Positions 46,714 through 49,145 of a stretch of 49,145 nucleotides of DNA are shown piece by piece. Made by a program: the position numbers and the translations under genes. The notes under the pieces were generated by a model that ran no database searches, was not told the DNA's origin, and saw only the letters and a program-made list of their open reading frames with translations. Source of the stretch: Octopus sinensis (lineage: Eukaryota); NCBI RefSeq assembly GCF_006345805.1, contig NW_021834551.1, positions 1 through 49,145 of the forward strand, given 5' to 3'. Position 1 is the stretch's first letter. The number at the start of each line of letters is the position of its first letter.

Positions 46714-48759
46714 ATGCTTCGGATTTTACCGAAATAAGCATAGTGTTTGATGATTTTAACCCACGCTGGTGGAAAGGGGAGAACAGAGATTCTTCGCTTG
46801 CTTATTTGAATTTGTTGGCACTGTTAGTTGGGAGCAGATCTTCGAAAGGGTATGTTCTTATTTTCAGTGTTTCCAAATCCAAACCAAGGAATTTCTGAGC
46901 CGATGATAGAAATGTTGTTTTGACTAATCTTGAAACGTACGTTCTCGAATAACCTTAGCATTTGATTTTTCGATGTCCTTACCCCCAAACTTTTGTGAGT
47001 TGAATTAAGCAAACACTATATATGAGAGAGATTTTCTTAAGTATTAGAAATAGCTTTAAAAAAGTTTTTTAGCTGCTATTTCTAATGAGTTCAGTATGCG
47101 GCAAAGTAATTTATTTTACTAAGCCCTTTTATATAATGTAATAATTTGAATTCGCCTTGAATGGTCCCTTTGCATACTGAACACTTGGTGAAATTGATTA
47201 ATAATTAATTAATTTTGCCCTCAATTGTTGAAATTATAATTAATCTCCCTCTGATTAATGCTTCGGATTTTACCGAAATAAGCATAGTGTTTGATGATTT
47301 TAACCCACGCTGGTGGAAAGGGGAGAACAGAGATTCTTCGCTTGCTTATTTGAATTTGTTGGCACTGTTAGTTGGGAGCAGATCTTCGAAAGGGTATGTT
47401 CTTATTTTCAGTGTTTCCAAATCCAAACCAAGAATTTCTGAGCCGATGATAGAAATGTTGTTTTGACTAATCTTGAAACGTACGTTCTCGAATAACCTTA
47501 GCATTTGATTTTTCGATGTCCTTACCCCCAAACTTTTGTGAGTTGAATTAAGCAAACACTATATATGAGAGAGATTTTCTTTAAGTATTAGAAATAGCTT
47601 TAAAAAAGTTTTTTAGCTGCTATTTCTAATGAGTTCAGTATGCGGCAAAGTAATTTATTTTACTAAGCCCTTTTATATAATGTAATAATTTGAATTCGCC
47701 TTGAATGGTCCCTTTGCATACTGAACACTTGGTGAAATTGATTAATAATTAATTAATTTTGCCCTCAATTGTTGAAATTATAATTAATCTCCCTCTGATT
47801 AATGCTTCGGATTTTACCGAAATAAGCATAGTGTTTGATGATTTTAACCCACGCTGGTGGAAAGGGGAGAACAGAGATTCTTCGCTTGCTTATTTGAATT
47901 TGTTGGCACTGTTAGTTGGAGCAGATCTTCGAAAGGGTATGTTCTTATTTTCAGTGTTTCCAAATCCAAACCAAGGAATTTCTGAGCCGATGATAGAAAT
48001 GTTGTTTTGACTAATCTTGAAACGTACGTTCTCGAATAACCTTAGCATTTGATTTTTCGATGTCCTTACCCCCAAACTTTTGTGAGTTGAATTAAGCAAA
48101 CACTATATATGAGAGAGATTTTCTTTAAGTATTAGAAATAGCTTTAAAAATGTTTTTTAGCTGCTATTTCTAATGAGTTCAGTATGCGGCAAAGTAATTT
48201 ATTTTACTAAGCCCTTTTATATAATGTAATAATTTGAATTCGCCTTGAATGGTCCCTTTGCATACTGAACACTTGGTGAAATTGATTAATAATTAATTAA
48301 TTTTGCCCTCAATGTTGAAATTATAATTAATCTCCCTCTGATTAATGCTTCGGATTTTACCGAAATAAGCATAGTGTTTGATGATTTTAACCCACGCTGG
48401 TGGAAAGGGGAGAACAGAGATTCTTCGCTTGCTTATTTGAATTTGTTGGCACTGTTAGTTGGGAGCAGATCTTCGAAAGGGTATGTTCTTATTTTCAGTG
48501 TTTCCAAATCCAAACCAAGGAATTTCTGAGCCGATGATAGAAATGTGTTTTGACTAATCTTGAAACGTACGTTCTCGAATAACCTTAGCATTTGATTTTT
48601 CGATGTCCTTACCCCCAAACTTTTGTGAGTTGAATTAAGCAAACACTATATATGAGAGAGATTTTCTTTAAGTATTAGAAATAGCTTTAAAAAAGTTTTT
48701 TAGCTGCTATTTCTAATGAGTTCAGTATGCGGCAAAGTAATTTATTTTACTAAGCCCTT
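46714..48759 (-). repeat. Same 544-bp satellite, about 3.8 copies in reverse orientation
   Basis: Reverse-strand copies recur at 47012, 47555, 48099 and 48642. Confidence 0.97.
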
Positions 48760-48992
48760 GTATATATATATATATTATATATATACATATGTATGTATGT
48801 ATGTATGTATGTGTGTGTATATGTTTGTGTGTTTTTGCATGTCGCTCCAACATCGCAGGACAACCGGTTCGGCAAAAAGGGACCGATAGAATAAGTATTA
48901 GGGTTACAAAGACTAAGCCTTGGGGTAGATTTGCTCGACAAAAGGCGGTAGTAGACATGGCCGCAGTCATATGACTGAAACAAGTAAAAAAG
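48760..48992 (+). mobile_element. 3' half of a SINE (rest of microsatellite, body, tail)
   Basis: (TA)n gtgtgtgtatatgtttgtgtg...gaccgatagaataagta...catggccgcagtcatatgactgaaacaagtaaaa, in the same orientation as 39926-40122. Confidence 0.85.
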
Positions 48993-49145
48993 GGAATATA
49001 TATATAAATATATATATATACAACGGGAAGGTTTACGAAAATAAACAAAAGACGAAGGCAGGTGGAGTACAAACAAACAATTGTATTAGTATGGCGCTCA
49101 GGAATAGAAATAAAACATATATATATATCTATATATCTATCTATC

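Noticed and set aside
40349-48642. Repeated 62-83 aa ORFs in the satellite as a tandem gene family
   Set aside because: They have non-ATG starts, no recognisable motifs, overlapping ORFs on both strands, and are frequently frameshifted between copies.
40123-48759. Array as a classical TIR foldback transposon
   Set aside because: The two ends lie at different monomer phases, so there are no matching termini; no transposase or distinct TSD was found.
49020-49118. Short non-microsatellite segment, possibly a repeat fragment
   Set aside because: It is too short and has no diagnostic motif within the window.

Overview
AT-rich, microsatellite-dense eukaryotic genomic DNA. The SINE families and the (TA)n/(CA)n load look like an octopus (coleoid cephalopod) genome; this is recognised by eye, not by search. 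No complete protein-coding gene is present. The window contains: (i) short phase-1 exons of a + strand host gene encoding tyrosine motifs, in a duplicated module (15.1-15.5 kb and 23.7-24.1 kb); (ii) many decayed transposons: Tc1, mariner, Tigger/pogo, a hAT-like transposase, RTE, an R4/Dong-like RT, three CR1-type LINE pieces, at least six Penelope-like (PLE) pieces, a MITE, a Helitron 3' end and several tRNA-derived SINE families; (iii) an intronless, decayed USP/peptidase-C19 domain; (iv) an 8.6-kb array of a 544-bp satellite that reverses orientation at about 46.7 kb and sits inside the internal (TA)n of a split SINE. The most striking non-coding signals are type-I hammerhead ribozyme motifs in PLE termini. 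One pair lies in a near-perfect 468-bp palindrome (33141-33608) and another motif lies in an inverted-terminus structure (16753-17102).
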